Part shown: positions 14,300 through 27,139 of the stretch, one piece after another
Layout of the letters: the number at the start of each line of letters is the position of its first letter
How positions within the stretch are numbered: position 1 is the first letter of the stretch
Source of the DNA: Narcine bancroftii
Lineage: Eukaryota
Assembly (NCBI RefSeq): GCF_036971445.1
Contig: NC_091472.1
Location: 91,822,001 to 91,886,000, forward strand
DNA: 64,000 nt
Reading direction: 5' to 3'
Translations under genes and position numbers: made by a program
Notes under the pieces: model-generated
The model's database searches: none
What the model was told of the DNA's origin: nothing
What the model saw: the letters and a program-made list of their open reading frames with translations, nothing else

Positions 14300-15060
14300 C
14301 AACGGCCTTCCCATTCCCACACTGACCTGTCCATTCTCAGCTTCTCCAATGCAAGGGTGAATCTCAAAACAAATTGGAAGAACATCACTTCTTATTCAGG
14401 TTGGGTAGTCTACAACCAATGATATAAATATTCCAATTGAATTTTCCAATTTTAGGTAACCCTTCCCTCCTGTGTTCTCCTCTCTCTCCCTTTCTAACTC
14501 ACCTCTGGTCCTCACATGTTAGACCCCTTTCCCATACCCTCTTCCCTTTAACCACTCCCCAATACCAATTTTAATTCTCCTTTTCCACTTGGGTCTATTT
14601 ACCTTCAACCTGTACATTTCTCCAACCAAATGCTCTATCCCTCTGGTATCTTCTATTCTTCTCCTCTCCCTTAATGATTTCCATTATCACCTACCTTACA
14701 TACTAGTTTCCAACACTAGTGTAGCCTTTGTGTTCCTGCTCTTCACCCTCCCTTTCTGGGTCCATCTGCCTTCTTTTTCTTGCTTCCTCTTATCAAACCT
14801 CTGTCTCCTAATTTTGTCCCACCCCTACCTGCTTCATCTGTCTATCATCCTTCACCCATCCTCAGTCTACCAATCACCCTCTGGGCCCTGACTTACCCCT
14901 TAACTTCGCTTCAAAGTGGCTATCTTCCCTCTTAATGCTGAAGCAGTGTCACGAGCTGAAATATCAACAATTTATCCCCCACCACCCCACCCCCCACCCC
15001 CCACCCTCAGATGCTGATGGACTTGCTGAGTTCCTCTAATAGTTTATTTTATGCTATACA
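14300..15060 (+). repeat. Penelope-like element remnant (GIY-YIG C-terminus plus pyrimidine-rich UTR)
   Basis: Degenerate 'HFN..HSHTDLS..LEEHHFLFRLGSLQP' followed by a CT-rich tract and 'gacttgctgagttcctc'. Confidence 0.5.
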
Positions 15061-16223
15061 TGTCTGTTCCTTCATCTTAATCAGGATTACTTTGTTTCAT
15101 GTTCCATCATGTGTTTGTCCAATTGCCTCTTCAATGCATCTTCACTCTCTGTCCAAATTACTCCCAATGAGAAAGTCTTCTACAAACCAGTCCATAGGAT
15201 AGAAACTTTTCAAATTTTGTCCAGATTAGTGACTTTATTTATGTGCTCTGGTTTTGAATTCACTCAGTTTCTCTACACTCATTCTATGAAACTACTACTT
15301 TAAACCATTCTTCAGCAGTTTCTTCTAAAGAAAACGACCCCAGCTTATTCACTTTATCTTTATTTGATACACTCCATAAAATTGCAATTAAAGGCAGGTC
15401 AAGAAATTTCCTTGTAGTGAACCTGCAGAGATTTTTTATCACATTCATCATTTGTTTATGATGAACAGGCATATCGCGTATACATTTCCCTCAAGTTCCA
15501 GTCTTATCCAGAAAGTTTCTATAACAAAATGCGTGAAATAGGACATATATACTGTATGTGAACTCCCTATTCCCTCTTCTCTCCTCATGCATGTTTCAAT
15601 GGTGCAAGCTTTCCTCTCTGACCAGTATAAACATTTTTTAAAAACACGATGTCATAGAACTTCTGGGGATCCTTTAATTCTGGAAATCTATCTGGGATTT
15701 CTCCCTATTAACATGGAGATCATAATCTTTCAGCATGAACACTTTTTCTCCAATCAATGAATAAAGGCAACATTAGCATTTTTTATTGTTCATTGACTAT
15801 TCCTATTATCCTCAAAATGTTGGTGATATGCCTTCTCCTTGAAGTATTGCAGCCTGTATGATGAAAGTATGACTAGGTAGGCAACTCTGGGATTACAACC
15901 ATGAATATTTGAACACTGCAGTTGTTGTAGTCAACAATCAATATGTTCTTAAAGAAATATCATGTGAACTACAAATTCTGAATCATTTTAAGGCTGTAAA
16001 TGGTTGATAGGCAAGAGTCAAAAAATAAACTACTTGTATTTTTTCTCTGTGCTCCAGGTAAGAATGCTGTTCAAGGATCCTTAACAGTAGGATGACTTTC
16101 CAAAAGTGAGAGTAGTTAAAGTTCCTTTATCATCATGTATATAAATACACAAAATTTAGTAAAATGCTCGTGCCACTTGTCCAACACCCCTACCAAGAAG
16201 AGGAAAAGAACTAAAAGAGTTAC

Positions 16224-16333
16224 CTGAGATCTGTGTGAATGAGGCTCACGTTCAGAGGCCCAGGTTCCAAGATGACTGTTCAAATATAGTGGGCTCTTAT
16301 ATGATTTGTGATTGCTGCCATCTATCTTCAGTT
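16224..16333 (-). CDS. DZANK1: DZANK1 coding exon 5 (ELKIDGSNHKSYKSPLYLNSHLGTWASEREPHSHRSQ)
   Basis: 110-nt open exon, acceptor gaccag, donor CAG|gtaact. Phase 1 to 0 exactly bridges the flanking exons, and it ends in ..SQ like the recalled homologous exon. Not in the ORF track. Confidence 0.7.
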
Positions 16334-18029
16334 CTGGTCACAACATTATAATAAATATGAGATTACAGCTCTCATCTATAATCGGTATGGATAATTAATT
16401 TGATATTTCCAGAGTTTATCTTTTTAAACAAGAAATGTAATAGTACTTTTCAGGAAAGCTTAAATTATAATTTTTAATGTTAACTATGAAGGTTTATTTT
16501 GAAGTCTATTGCCTGTACGTTAGGATAATTATGGGAAACCTTTGGCGGAAAGCTAGTTCACGCAATATTACTTACCAGTGATTTCAACAGGAATAGGAAT
16601 GTAAAGTCACATTTCACCTGATCCCTTCATTAACAGCAAAGGAGTAGAGCTATATAATAATGACTCAAAGGATAATATAAGGATAGTGAAATATTCCTAG
16701 TAATGCAAGTTAATAGTAAAATGCAGACAGCAAAGTAAGATGTAATGCATAAAACTTAAAGAACCGAAACAGCCCCTTCCATCCAATTAGTTTGCCCGTG
16801 ATTATGTCCCACACTAGTCTCTTCCTACCACCAACAACTTATGAGTTTCAATGCAGCAAAACCTCTCAGGTGGCTTCATTGGAACATTATCACATAAAAG
16901 CCGACATCAAATCACACAAGATATTTGACATGCAAAATTGCTGATGTGTGGCAGGCCAAGAATCTGGGATTACTTCAGGTAACTGGTATTTCAGGTAACT
17001 GATGCATAAATGCCTGGTGGAGCTAATGCATGCTGAAGGATTAGCTCTGACCTGTAGAAGAGCAAGGCCAGTCCTACACAATCGGCCTTTGTAGTATACG
17101 CGAGGGGCCTGCTTCATCATTAGTTAAAGGGGACCTTATTGTTTGTTTCTGGGCATATTGGCTGCAAAATATTTTAGGTCATTAAACTCAATGTGGGCAC
17201 AGAAATGAATATCCTCCAGTCTCTCCATACTGTCTGTCCTTATGCAGAAAGCAGAGGAAAACTAATTTTGAAAATAGTTCACAGATCTTGATTTTGCCCA
17301 ATTGGAAAAGCAAGAGAAAGCAGTTCAAGTTGGGTTAAGGCACCAGGAATTGGCAGGGGGTGGGGGCAGGATTATAAACTGCTGGTTTATACCAAGCTTT
17401 TAAATTAATGTAAATATCCACTTTAATGATGAAACATACCTTAACCAGTATTCTCTGCTTATAGTATCTTAACCAACAGACATTGTCATTCTGGCTTTAA
17501 CGCTGCTAACAAAATTAATGTTTTGTACTTCATCATCCCCATTCCTTGTATCAATTTACTTTCTATATTCTTCAACAAACTCAATCAAGTTCATCAAATG
17601 TCAATTGTATTTAAAAGATCTTTATTGGCTTCTGTTCATAATTTATATTATTCCAAGTGATAATTAAGCTTATTTGGAAGCATCTTCTCTTGCAGTTTAC
17701 TGTGATTATTATTAGTCTAATCTAGGCTCCAGATTTATCTTTCAACCCTTCTCTGGAAAGCATTAGAATTGTTTCGGTCTTTCATACCTGTACCATCAGG
17801 AAGGATCAGAGCAGAAATTCTGCTATCTTTGTCCTTACTTTCTTCAGCAAATTCAGAAGCATCTCACCTGGACCAGATGATTCTTTTTTTTCCCATCCAG
17901 CACTACAAGCCCTCCAAGAACTCACACTTTATCTAATTTTATTCTGTCTAGTTGTTGGAATTTTGCATCTGCGTCCCCACGTGTTTTTGCCTTTACCAGG
18001 ATAAAATACTATGTCATCGGATTTTTTTT

Positions 18030-18780
18030 TATATACAATGCACAGAAGTGCTGGAGAAGCACAGCAAGTCAGGCAGTATTGATCAGAAATAAAGGGTAAT
18101 CAACATTTCTGGTCTGAGTCTTTTGTCAAAGTATGAACAAAAAAGTAGGCAGGTGTCTGAATAAAAAGGAGAGAAGGGGAGGGAGGAAGGGACAGGGGAG
18201 GAGTACAGGTCAACAACTAAGAGGTGGAAAAGCACAATGGTGGAGAAACTCAGCAGGTCAAACAGTGTCCTTTATATAACAAAGATAAAAATACATAACT
18301 GGTGTTTCTGGCTTGAGGTATTTTTATTTTTGCTATATAAAAGATACTGTTTGACCTGCTGAGTTTCTCCAGCACTGTGTTTTTAATTCAACCACATTGT
18401 CTGCAGACTTTCATATTTTACTTGGATCATAGGTGGCTATGGGTTGTAGGGTAGAAGAGGAAAAAATCTGAGAAGTGATGGGGAGTGGGTAGCTCTCTGA
18501 ACGGAGAAGGTAAGAAGGAGGGGAGCTGAAAGAAAGGAGACTGAGATAGGGAGAGAGAAACTCGGGGGAGGGGCTTAAATGGAAACTGGAAAAGTCGATG
18601 TTAATGCTGTCAGGTGGGAGAGTGCCCAGACAGAATATTAGGTGTTTTTCCCCCAATTTGCAGGTAGTCTTGGTTTAGCAGTGCATGAGGCCATAGATAG
18701 ACATGTCAGTTAGTGAATGGGCTGTGGAATTAAAGTGGTTGGCTAACGGGTTGTCCCTGTTATTCCAGCAGACAGAGTGA
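18030..18780 (-). mobile_element. Penelope-like element fragment (GIY-YIG endonuclease C-terminus plus pLTR repeats)
   Basis: 'LHSVC..NPLANHFNSTAHSLTDMSIYGLMHC..LGEKHLIFCLGTLPPDSINIDFSSF' is a PLE endonuclease tail. Inverted pLTR-type copies lie at 18230-18410. Confidence 0.7.
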
Positions 18781-18800
18781 AGGTTCTTTAGATTGCTTAC

Positions 18801-18900
18801 CTTCATTTTTTTGAGTTGCCTCCTCCCAGGCAAGGCTGCTTTCCTTATTGAGAACTGTACCATTTTCCACTGAGGGAGCTGATAACCTCTCAAGAGTTTC
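18801..18900 (-). CDS. DZANK1: DZANK1 coding exon 4 (ETLERLSAPSVENGTVLNKESSLAWEEATQKNE)
   Basis: 100-nt open exon, acceptor atcatag, donor AAG|gtaagc, phase 0 to 1, fitting both neighbours. Low-conservation linker region. Confidence 0.72.
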
Positions 18901-19601
18901 CTATGATAGCAAAGTGATTTGTCAAAAATATGAAATCATGTGGTTATCATAACTCATGGGGTTATCATAAATCATAACTCTGCAGATGGATGAAAAGGTG
19001 AATTTTGAAAGAGCAGTGAGGTTAATAGACTACAACAATAACAAAAACAGCAAATATAGGGATCTCAAAACATTTTCCATTTTCTTTGTTCTGAAGGTGA
19101 CCCCACAAAGCTTCTGACATTGCTTTGCTCAGGTGGCAGCTTCAGCTTTGACAAAGAGTAATGCAAGTAACGAGAAGCTGGAGAGATCTTGCAGGTCAGG
19201 CAGCATCCATGGGTAAAACAGGTCAGTCAGCATTTCCAGATGTAACACAAAAAAGGCCCCTACCCAAAACATTAGCTCTCCATGGATGCTGCCTGATCTG
19301 ATGAGACTCTACAGCCTCTCATATTGGCAAAGACTCTTTGCAGATGGCTTCCTATTTCGTCAACTATGTCCTTCGGAATGGCCAATCAGGAGAGAAGATG
19401 CAGTACATAAGCGTGCTAAAGAAACTCAGCAGGTCACACAATATCCGTAGGAAGTAAAGGGTAACCAATGTTTCAGGCCTGGACCCTTCATCGGGTATCA
19501 GACAAAAACAGGCAGATGCCTGAATATCAAGGTGGGGAAGAAGAAGAGAGGAAGGGGAAAGAGTGGATATTCTCTCTTTATTGCCAGTGCATGTTAGGTC
19601 G

Positions 19602-20052
19602 ACCACCCCTCCCCACTGGTGCTACTGCCTCTACCACCCCTCCCCACTGGTGCTACTGCCTCTACCACCCCTCCCCACTGGTGCTACTGCCTCTACCACC
19701 CCTCCCCACTGGTGCTACTGCCTCTACCACCCCTCCCCACTGGTGCTACTGCCTCTACCACCCCTCCCCACTGGTGCTACTGCCTCTACCACCCCTCCCC
19801 ACTGGTGCTACTGCCTCTACCACCCCTCCCCACTGGTGCTACTGCCTCTACCACCCCTCCCCACTGGTGCTACTGCCTCTACCACCCCTCCCCACTGGTG
19901 CTACTGCCTCTACCACCCCTGCCCACTGGTGCTACTGCCTCTACCACCCCTCCCCACTGGTGCTACTGCCTCTACCACCCCTCCCCACTGGTGCTACTGC
20001 CTCTACCACCCCTCCCCACTGGTGCTACTGCCTCTACCACCCCTCCCCACTG
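19602..20052. repeat. 31-bp minisatellite (CCACCCCTCCCCACTGGTGCTACTGCCTCTA), ~14.5 near-identical copies, followed by degenerate copies to ~20330
   Basis: Directly visible tandem array; only one variant base seen (19921). Confidence 0.95.
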
Positions 20053-21669
20053 ATGCATGTTGTCTCTATTATCCCTCCTCACCAGAGCATGCTGCCTTTA
20101 CCATCCATCCCTAATAGTACATGCCGATACAACCACCCATCTCTACTGCTCCTTTCCCCTCTTCCACCCTTCCCCACTGGTGTATGCCATCTTTACTATC
20201 ACCCCCTGGTGCATGCCATCTCAACCAGCCTTCTCCACTGGTGCATGCCACCTCTACCACCCTTCCGCGCTGGTGCACCCTGCTCTAGCACGCCTCCTTA
20301 TTGGTGCATTGCACCTACCAACTTCTCCAACTTTGACAAGGAAGCGATGTTTACACAAAATAGGCTGGTATTCCAATATAGTACTGGAGAGGGTGCTGCA
20401 CTTCCAAAAGTGTCATCTTCCAATGAAATCTTGCATCAAAGCCCCCTCTACCTTTTTGTGCATAAAAAGATCCCAAGGCATTGGATGACGAGGGTTCTTC
20501 CTGATTTCCTGAGATCTATACTTATCTCTATCCTAAAAGATGATTATCTGGGCATTAAAGAGAGATGCTCAAGTCAAACTAGGAAATTATTGAAATATTA
20601 ATCAAGGATCTATTACAATGAAGTTATTAGAAACTATAATTGACAGTGACTAAACATTCAGAGAAATTTGAGCTGTTTAATAAGAGTCGACACAGAATCT
20701 AAATCCACACCGATCACTTGTTTAAATCCTATTCCATCCCCATTTACAAGAATGGTGAAAACTGTGAGGGAATAAATTCAATAATTAAGTATATCAACGT
20801 CAATTTTGGTTGACAGTTAGCATAAGTGAAGTTTACAAAGTTTTAGTGGTCCATGTATATAATTCTCTGAAAATGCATTAAGTAAGCAGTAAGGCTAATT
20901 AAAAGGTTAATAGCTTTTGATTCTAGAAGGATAGAATGTGTTGGGATCAAGTTTAAATTATACTGTGCAAAATCTAGCTGGTCTAGATCTGGAAAAACAT
21001 GCATTATTTGTGGTCCTCTATCAAGGAAAGGATAAATTGGATATGGAAGAAGGGCAGTACAGATTCATCAGAATATTACCAGAGAGCTAAAGATAAAATT
21101 ATGTAAAGATTTATATTCCCAAGAATAGGAACAATTGGATTGTGGTTTTAGGGTTGAAAGGCATTTATTAGGTAAAACCTTCCCCAAAACAGCTGTTCAA
21201 TCAGAAGATGAATGATAGATTTGTTTTTTTTGTAAGGTAAATCAAGTCTTAGCTTTTACTACATTGATAGCCAGACAAGCTATTTTATTGAAATGGAAAG
21301 GAGATGCATCCCATACTCATATGCAGTGGTTACATGATGTAATGTCCTATTTAAGTTTAGAGAAAAATCAGATATAATAATAAAGATAGAAAGTTTCAAT
21401 TTATAAAGTTATGGGGCCCATTCTTAGAATGCATTTTATAATTGGAAGAGTGAATAAGTATTATATTTTATGGTAATTCAGGTCTATTCTCCAGGGGTCA
21501 CAGTGATTCCACATCATCATTGATCTCTTTTTCTTCTCAAAAAGGTAACCTTCATTAGAGGGAGAGGATTAGATTAGTTTTAAGTTTTTAAAAAAATATT
21601 TATTATTTCAATGATGAAATCAGTCTAATAATGGGTCTGACATGGTGTTATTCATTAAGTTTATTACTA

Positions 21670-21793
21670 GACCGCTGCAATCGTGTCTGCCTGTCCCGCA
21701 TCGGACTTGTCAGCCACAAACGAGCCTGCAGCTGACGTGGACTTTTTACCCCCTCCATAAATCTTCGTCCGCGAAGCCAAGCCAAAGAAAAAA
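21670..21793 (+). mobile_element. RTE LINE extreme 3' fragment
   Basis: Same tail as the 11244 copy: 'ataaatcttcgtccgcgaagccaagccaaagaaaa'. Confidence 0.8.
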
Positions 21794-21854
21794 ATATTAC
21801 TAGATTGAGTTATTATATGTAACTATTAATATCGATTTGCATATTTTATTACTT

Positions 21855-24800
21855 TGTAGCGACCAGACCACAAAGTGGTTGACGAATGCGGCGATCATGT
21901 GGACTTGGCTGGGTGTGACACTGGCCATTGTCCCAGGTGACCTCTGAACAGTAGGTAGCTGGGGAACTCTGACTGGAGCACTGGCCAACTCAAGGCCAGC
22001 GCTCTGATGATGCAGGGCCTTGACGATAATGCCAGGGGTCCATATAAGCAGAGCTGCCAGGTCAATAAATCAGTCTTCGACTTCTCGTGTGTGCATCTTC
22101 CTTCCACACTTGCTGTTGCGCACACACTACATTAGTGACCCCAACAGGTCCAACTGGCAGTTAGACCCAAAGATGATGCATCAAGCAGAGCTAGCGACCA
22201 TCTACGGGGTCTCTCTCAGGCTTCTGATGTTCTGGATGTCGCAGCCACATGTGTGGTTCGAGCAGGCTGAGGCTCAGTTCTAGCTTTGCCACATCACCCT
22301 CGATGACACCCGCTACTTCTATGTCGTGAGTGCCCTCAATCAGAACACAGTGGCAAGGATCGTAGATTTCCTATGGCAGCCTCCAGAGCAAGGCAAATAC
22401 ATGGCACTCAAAGATCTGTTAACCCACACTCAGACTTTCACGGTGTAAGCACACCACCCAGATGCTGTATATGGCCAGATTGGGGGACATGGCCCCATCC
22501 GCCCTAATGAGCAAGATGCGGATGTTAATCGACGGCCACAAACCTTGCCTGCTCTTCGACCAGATCTTTCTGGAGCTGCTACCCATGGATATACAGCTCT
22601 TGCTCAAGGACGAAGACTTCAACGACCCTTGGAAGGTCACTGCCCAGGTAGACATGCTCTGGAGAGCGAAGGACACCAGTGCTGTCATAGACATTATCAG
22701 CAAGCACCACAAACAACATCTAGCGAGATCAAGGCCAGCAGAGAGGCAAGGGAACACCCTGGGACAGCTATGCTACTACCATCTGTGATGGGGTGTGGAG
22801 GCCCATTGATGCCACCAACCCTGCAGGTTTTTGGGAAACGCTGTGAAACCATCATTGACGGCTGCATCGGTTGGTCCATGTGATAGCCTCCTCCATGTCT
22901 GGGACTCACGGTTGGGCAGATGTTTCCTGGACAACACGACACCAAGATAAGCATCTTACTCCCTGCAGGCCTCGACACCAGCAGCAGCAAGCAGGCCCAA
23001 CTGGAGGGCAGCCACCAGTTCCTGCATTCGAACTTTCGGGACCCACACTATCCCCCTTCGTTTTGGCAACAGCTGCTTTAAATGGACATTTACCCCTGCG
23101 GCAGTGGTGCAACTGCTCCTGGGGCCTGATTTTCTTTGAGCCCACTGCTTGCTGGTTGACCTAAAGGGATGCCGCTTGGTGCATACCAGAACCTTTCAAA
23201 CTCTGCCTCTGGGGGCAATGAATTTTCCTGCATCCTGGCAGAGTTCCCCTCAATAGTGGTGACCAGTTCAACGTGGCCAAGCCAAAGTACAGGGTAAAAC
23301 ACCACATACTGATCCAGGGGCCCCACTCCACGCCAGGGTATCCTGACTCCCTCCCATAAAGCTCAGCCTGGTGAAGGAAGAGTTTAAAAAGGTGGAGGAG
23401 CTGAGGATTGTGCAGTACTCCGACAGTCCCTGGGCCACTTCCCTCTGCATGGTGCCCAAATCAGCAGGGGGTTGGAGACCATGCTGTGACTACCGTTGCC
23501 TCAACGAGGCCATCACATCTGACAGATATCCCATGCCCCATATCCAAGAGTTTGCCGCCAACCTGCACGGAGCACGTTCCCCAATGTGGACCTCATCAGG
23601 GGTACCACCAAATCCCAGTTCACCCCCAGGGTGTCCCCAAGACTGCAATCATAACCCCTTTTAGTTTGTTTGAATTTCTCTGCATGCCCTTCAGTCTACA
23701 AAAAAGTGCAGCACAAACTTTTCAGCATCTGATAGACGCAGTGAGTCAGGACCTCCCATTTGCGTTCATCTATTTGGATAAGATCCTCATTGCCAGCCGC
23801 AGCTGCAAAGACCACGCCACCCACCTGAGTCAACTGTTCATCCGTCTGAGTGATTTCGGGCTGACCATCAACTTTGCCAAGTGCCAGTTCAGTCTGGACA
23901 CCATCGACTTCCTGGGGCACAGGATTAACAGGCACAGGGCCACACCCTCCCCCGAGAAAGTTGAGGCAGTCCAGCACTTCGCTAAGCCACTGCAGGAATT
24001 CGCTGGTATGATAAACTTTTACCAAAGGTTCATATCGGCAGCAGCTCGCATCATGCTGGTCATCAGTGCAAAGCAAGGCAAAAGACATTGCTTGGGATGA
24101 GGAATCCTCCAGGGCATTCCAGAATGCTAAAGATGCACTAGCCAACTCCACCCTCCTAGTCCACCCCAGATCAGAGGCACCTACTGCTCTGTCAATGCCT
24201 CCAGCACAGCAGTAGGGGGCATGCTAGAACAACTTATCGAGGGCTAGTGGCAACCCCTGATCTTTTTCAGCAGGTACCTCCGCCCCCCCCCCCACCCCAG
24301 AACTCAAATACAGCGCTTTCGACTGAGAGTTGTTAGCGCTATACCTGGCAGTAAGACATTTCTGTTACTTTTTGGAAGGCTGGCAATTCAGGGTGTTCAC
24401 TGACCACATGCCACTGACTTTTGCCTCCCATAAGGTATCAGACCAGTGATCACCCCGATAAAAGAGACACTTGTCCTATGTGTGAGTTTATTACAGACAT
24501 TCAAAATATCTCAGGGAAAAACAATGTGGTAGCTGATGCTGTGGCATGCCCCACGATTGAGTAGATACCCCTGTCCCAAGGGATCGATTACATGGCCCTC
24601 GCCAAAGCACAGCAGCAGGACCTTCAGATCCCCACTTATAGGACAGCTGTCTCTGGTCTCAGGATGAAGGATGTCCCAGTCAGCCCAGTTAACCTGACAC
24701 TGCTGTGCGACATTTCTACCAGCAGCCCCACCCCATCGTCTCTGCTGCATGGAGGTGCCAGGTTTTTGAGGACATCCGCAAGCTAGCACACCCCGCAATC

Positions 24801-26063
24801 AGCGCCATGGTTAAAACGATGGCCAAAAGGTGTGTCTGGCATGGCCTCTGTAAACAGGTCAGCCAGTGGGCCAAGACCTGCACAAACTGTCAGTCCTCCA
24901 AAGTGCAGAATCACCAAGAGCACCCACACAGACTTTTGAGCCAGCACAGCGCAGGTTCAGCCATGTGCACATTGACTTAGTGGGGCCATTACTGGTTTCC
25001 TGTGGGGCGGGATACCTCTTGACCATGGTGGATCACTCCATGAGGTGACCAAAGGTGGCCCCGCTGGCTGATACCACCACAGAAACCTGTGCCAGGGCAC
25101 TTGTTGACACTTGGGAGTCCGGATTCAGGGTCTCAGAGTACCTCATCTCAGACGGGGGGGTACAATTCACCTCCGGAACCTGGGCAGCGCTGGCTAACTT
25201 TCTGTGGATGCAGCTCCACCATACCACCGTGTATCACCTGCAGGCCAATGGGCACCTGAAGTCCGCCTTGATGGCCCAGCTCAAGGGTCCAAACTGGATG
25301 GACAAACTGCCTTGGGTCCTGTTGGGAATCCGTACTATACCAAAGGAGGACATCAAAGCATCAATGATGGAGATGGTCTACAGTGTGCCTTTAATCATCC
25401 CCGGCAAATTCCTGGTCCCTGTTAAATGCCCAGAAGACCCTGCAGTGATATCGAGAGCCTGTTGTGAAAGCTGGATTCCTTGGTCCCGTGGCAACTCCAT
25501 CAAAAACCCAAGCATATCATCCCGAAGGACCCATAGATTTTCTAGTACATGTTCATGAAGAGGGGCGCACAAAGACCACCATTACAACGATCCTACGAGG
25601 AGCTCTACAGGGTCATTAGAGACAATGGTTCAACCTTCATCCACAACATCGGTGGTAAGAAGGAGACCTTTACCATTGACAGCCTGAAACTGGCAATATC
25701 TGGGCTGTAACGAGCCAGTCTTCACTCTGATCCTGCAAAGCAGGGGCAGGCCACTGAAGGCTATAGAAAATGGCCCAGTCACTGGTTTTTTGAAGGGGGG
25801 GGAGGTGTCGTGCACGGAGACGCGGACTGGCCCACAATATGGTTGATGAACGCGGTGACCGTGTGGACCTGGGGGTGACACAGGCCACCGTCCCAGGTGA
25901 CCTCCAAACAGTGGGAAGATTGGGAACTCTGACTGATGCAGGGCCCTGACGTCATTGCCAGGGGCCCCTATGAGCAGAACTGCCAGGTCAATAAATCAGT
26001 CTTCGACTTAAACTCCTCGTATGTGTGTCTTCCTTCCACACTCGCCGTCATGCACACGCTACA
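21855..26063 (+). mobile_element. Gypsy/Ty3 LTR retrotransposon, full-length but decayed (LTRs 21855-22131 and 25806-26063)
   Basis: TG..CA LTRs of clearly related sequence. PBS-like 'tagtgacccc' (tRNA-Trp-like) at ~22133; PPT 'gaagggggggg' before 25806. Gag 'FWMSQPHVWFEQAEAQF', RT 'SPWATSLCMVPK..WRPCCDYRCLN' and 'YLDK', integrase 'HVHIDLVGPL..LISDGGVQFTS'. Confidence 0.88.
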
Positions 26064-26493
26064 AACTACTCATTCTTTTTTCTCTCCCTTTGGTATGTAT
26101 TTGCTTGCATACAATTGATTCATTATGTAATCGTCATTTATTATGAATGCTTATTATGTTAAACTCAATAAAAATATATTAAAGAAAAAGAAAAGGTAAA
26201 TCAAGCAGAATTACAAATTGGTCATAATTCAATAGTAAATTAAGCTGAAAGGGCTGAATGGCCTTTTGCTGTTCCAATGTCCATATATTACGACTGCTAG
26301 ATTCTACAGTAAAACAGGCATATTGATCTTGACATTGCATGAATTGTGGGACTAATGACAAGGTAGAGCTAGAAGAAAGGTATATCACAAAGATCCTATT
26401 TTTTTTTAAATTTAAATTGTGGAAGAAAATCCAATTCTAAATCAGCATTTTGTGAATAAAATGCATATTGTTTACTCAACTATATATCCTTAC

Positions 26494-26623
26494 CTGTCGG
26501 GAAAGTTCCTTTTTATAATCTTGGAAGAAATTCTCTTCATTATCCTCCAATACCCCCACTGCACTGGGCTGCATGTACTCCACAAGAAACACCTTAGTCA
26601 CCACACTACTCTCCCGGCCATCC
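26494..26623 (-). CDS. DZANK1: DZANK1 coding exon 3 (DGRESSVVTKVFLVEYMQP..DNEENFFQDYKKELSRQ)
   Basis: 130 nt, acceptor tttacag, donor CAG|gtaagg, phase 2 to 0. Conserved 'DGRES.VVTKVF.VEY' and 'DN.ENF' motifs. Confidence 0.92.
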
Positions 26624-27139
26624 CTGTAAAGTTTGGAGTTGACACAAAAAAAAACTGTTGTTTGAAATTTCATACAGCAGAGCATACATTAATATATTTT
26701 GTAGGAAGAAAGAGGTAATTTAAACTAGTTTTAAAATCAATGCAAGAATTGTGGGAAAGGTAGAGAATATAGATTTGCTCCTGAAAGCAGGTCATGGCTA
26801 AACTCGGATTTAATGGATGAGTTCAAATGTCCTAGCATGGATAGGGAGAAATCAGTTCTCAATAATTAGAGGACAAAGATTAAGAATAATTCTAAAGAAT
26901 CAGAGAATTTTTTTTTCACTCAGTTAAATATTATGATCTGGAATGCACTGCTTAAAAGGGTGCTGGTGTCTGATTTGATTATAAGAATTGTTAAAAGGAT
27001 TTGGTGTCTTCTAAAAAGAGTTCAGAAGTTCTTGAGAGAATCAAGAGAGTCTGCCATATGGGCCAAATGGCTACTTCTGATCCTAACAATTCCAGGGTTT
27101 ATTTTCATGATCTAAGGACAGACCAGAGGGCTCATCTAC

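Noticed and set aside
17052-17161. Exon-like segment with AG/GT ends on the minus strand as a candidate DZANK1 exon
   Set aside because: Stops in all three frames; 16224-16333 fits phase and sequence better.
17868-17902. 35-nt phase-compatible candidate DZANK1 exon
   Set aside because: Weak acceptor, no recognisable similarity, and not needed once 16224-16333 is used.
19602-20052. CRISPR-like array (repeat length ~31 bp)
   Set aside because: No spacers; head-to-tail identical units in eukaryotic DNA.
19468-20601. Long ORFs (377, 183 and 144 aa) in all three plus frames
   Set aside because: Artefact of a stop-free 31-bp tandem unit cycling through frames; antisense within a DZANK1 intron.
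21851-26067. TSD for the Gypsy element
   Set aside because: Flanks ACTT and AACT do not match cleanly, and the LTRs are too diverged to call it.
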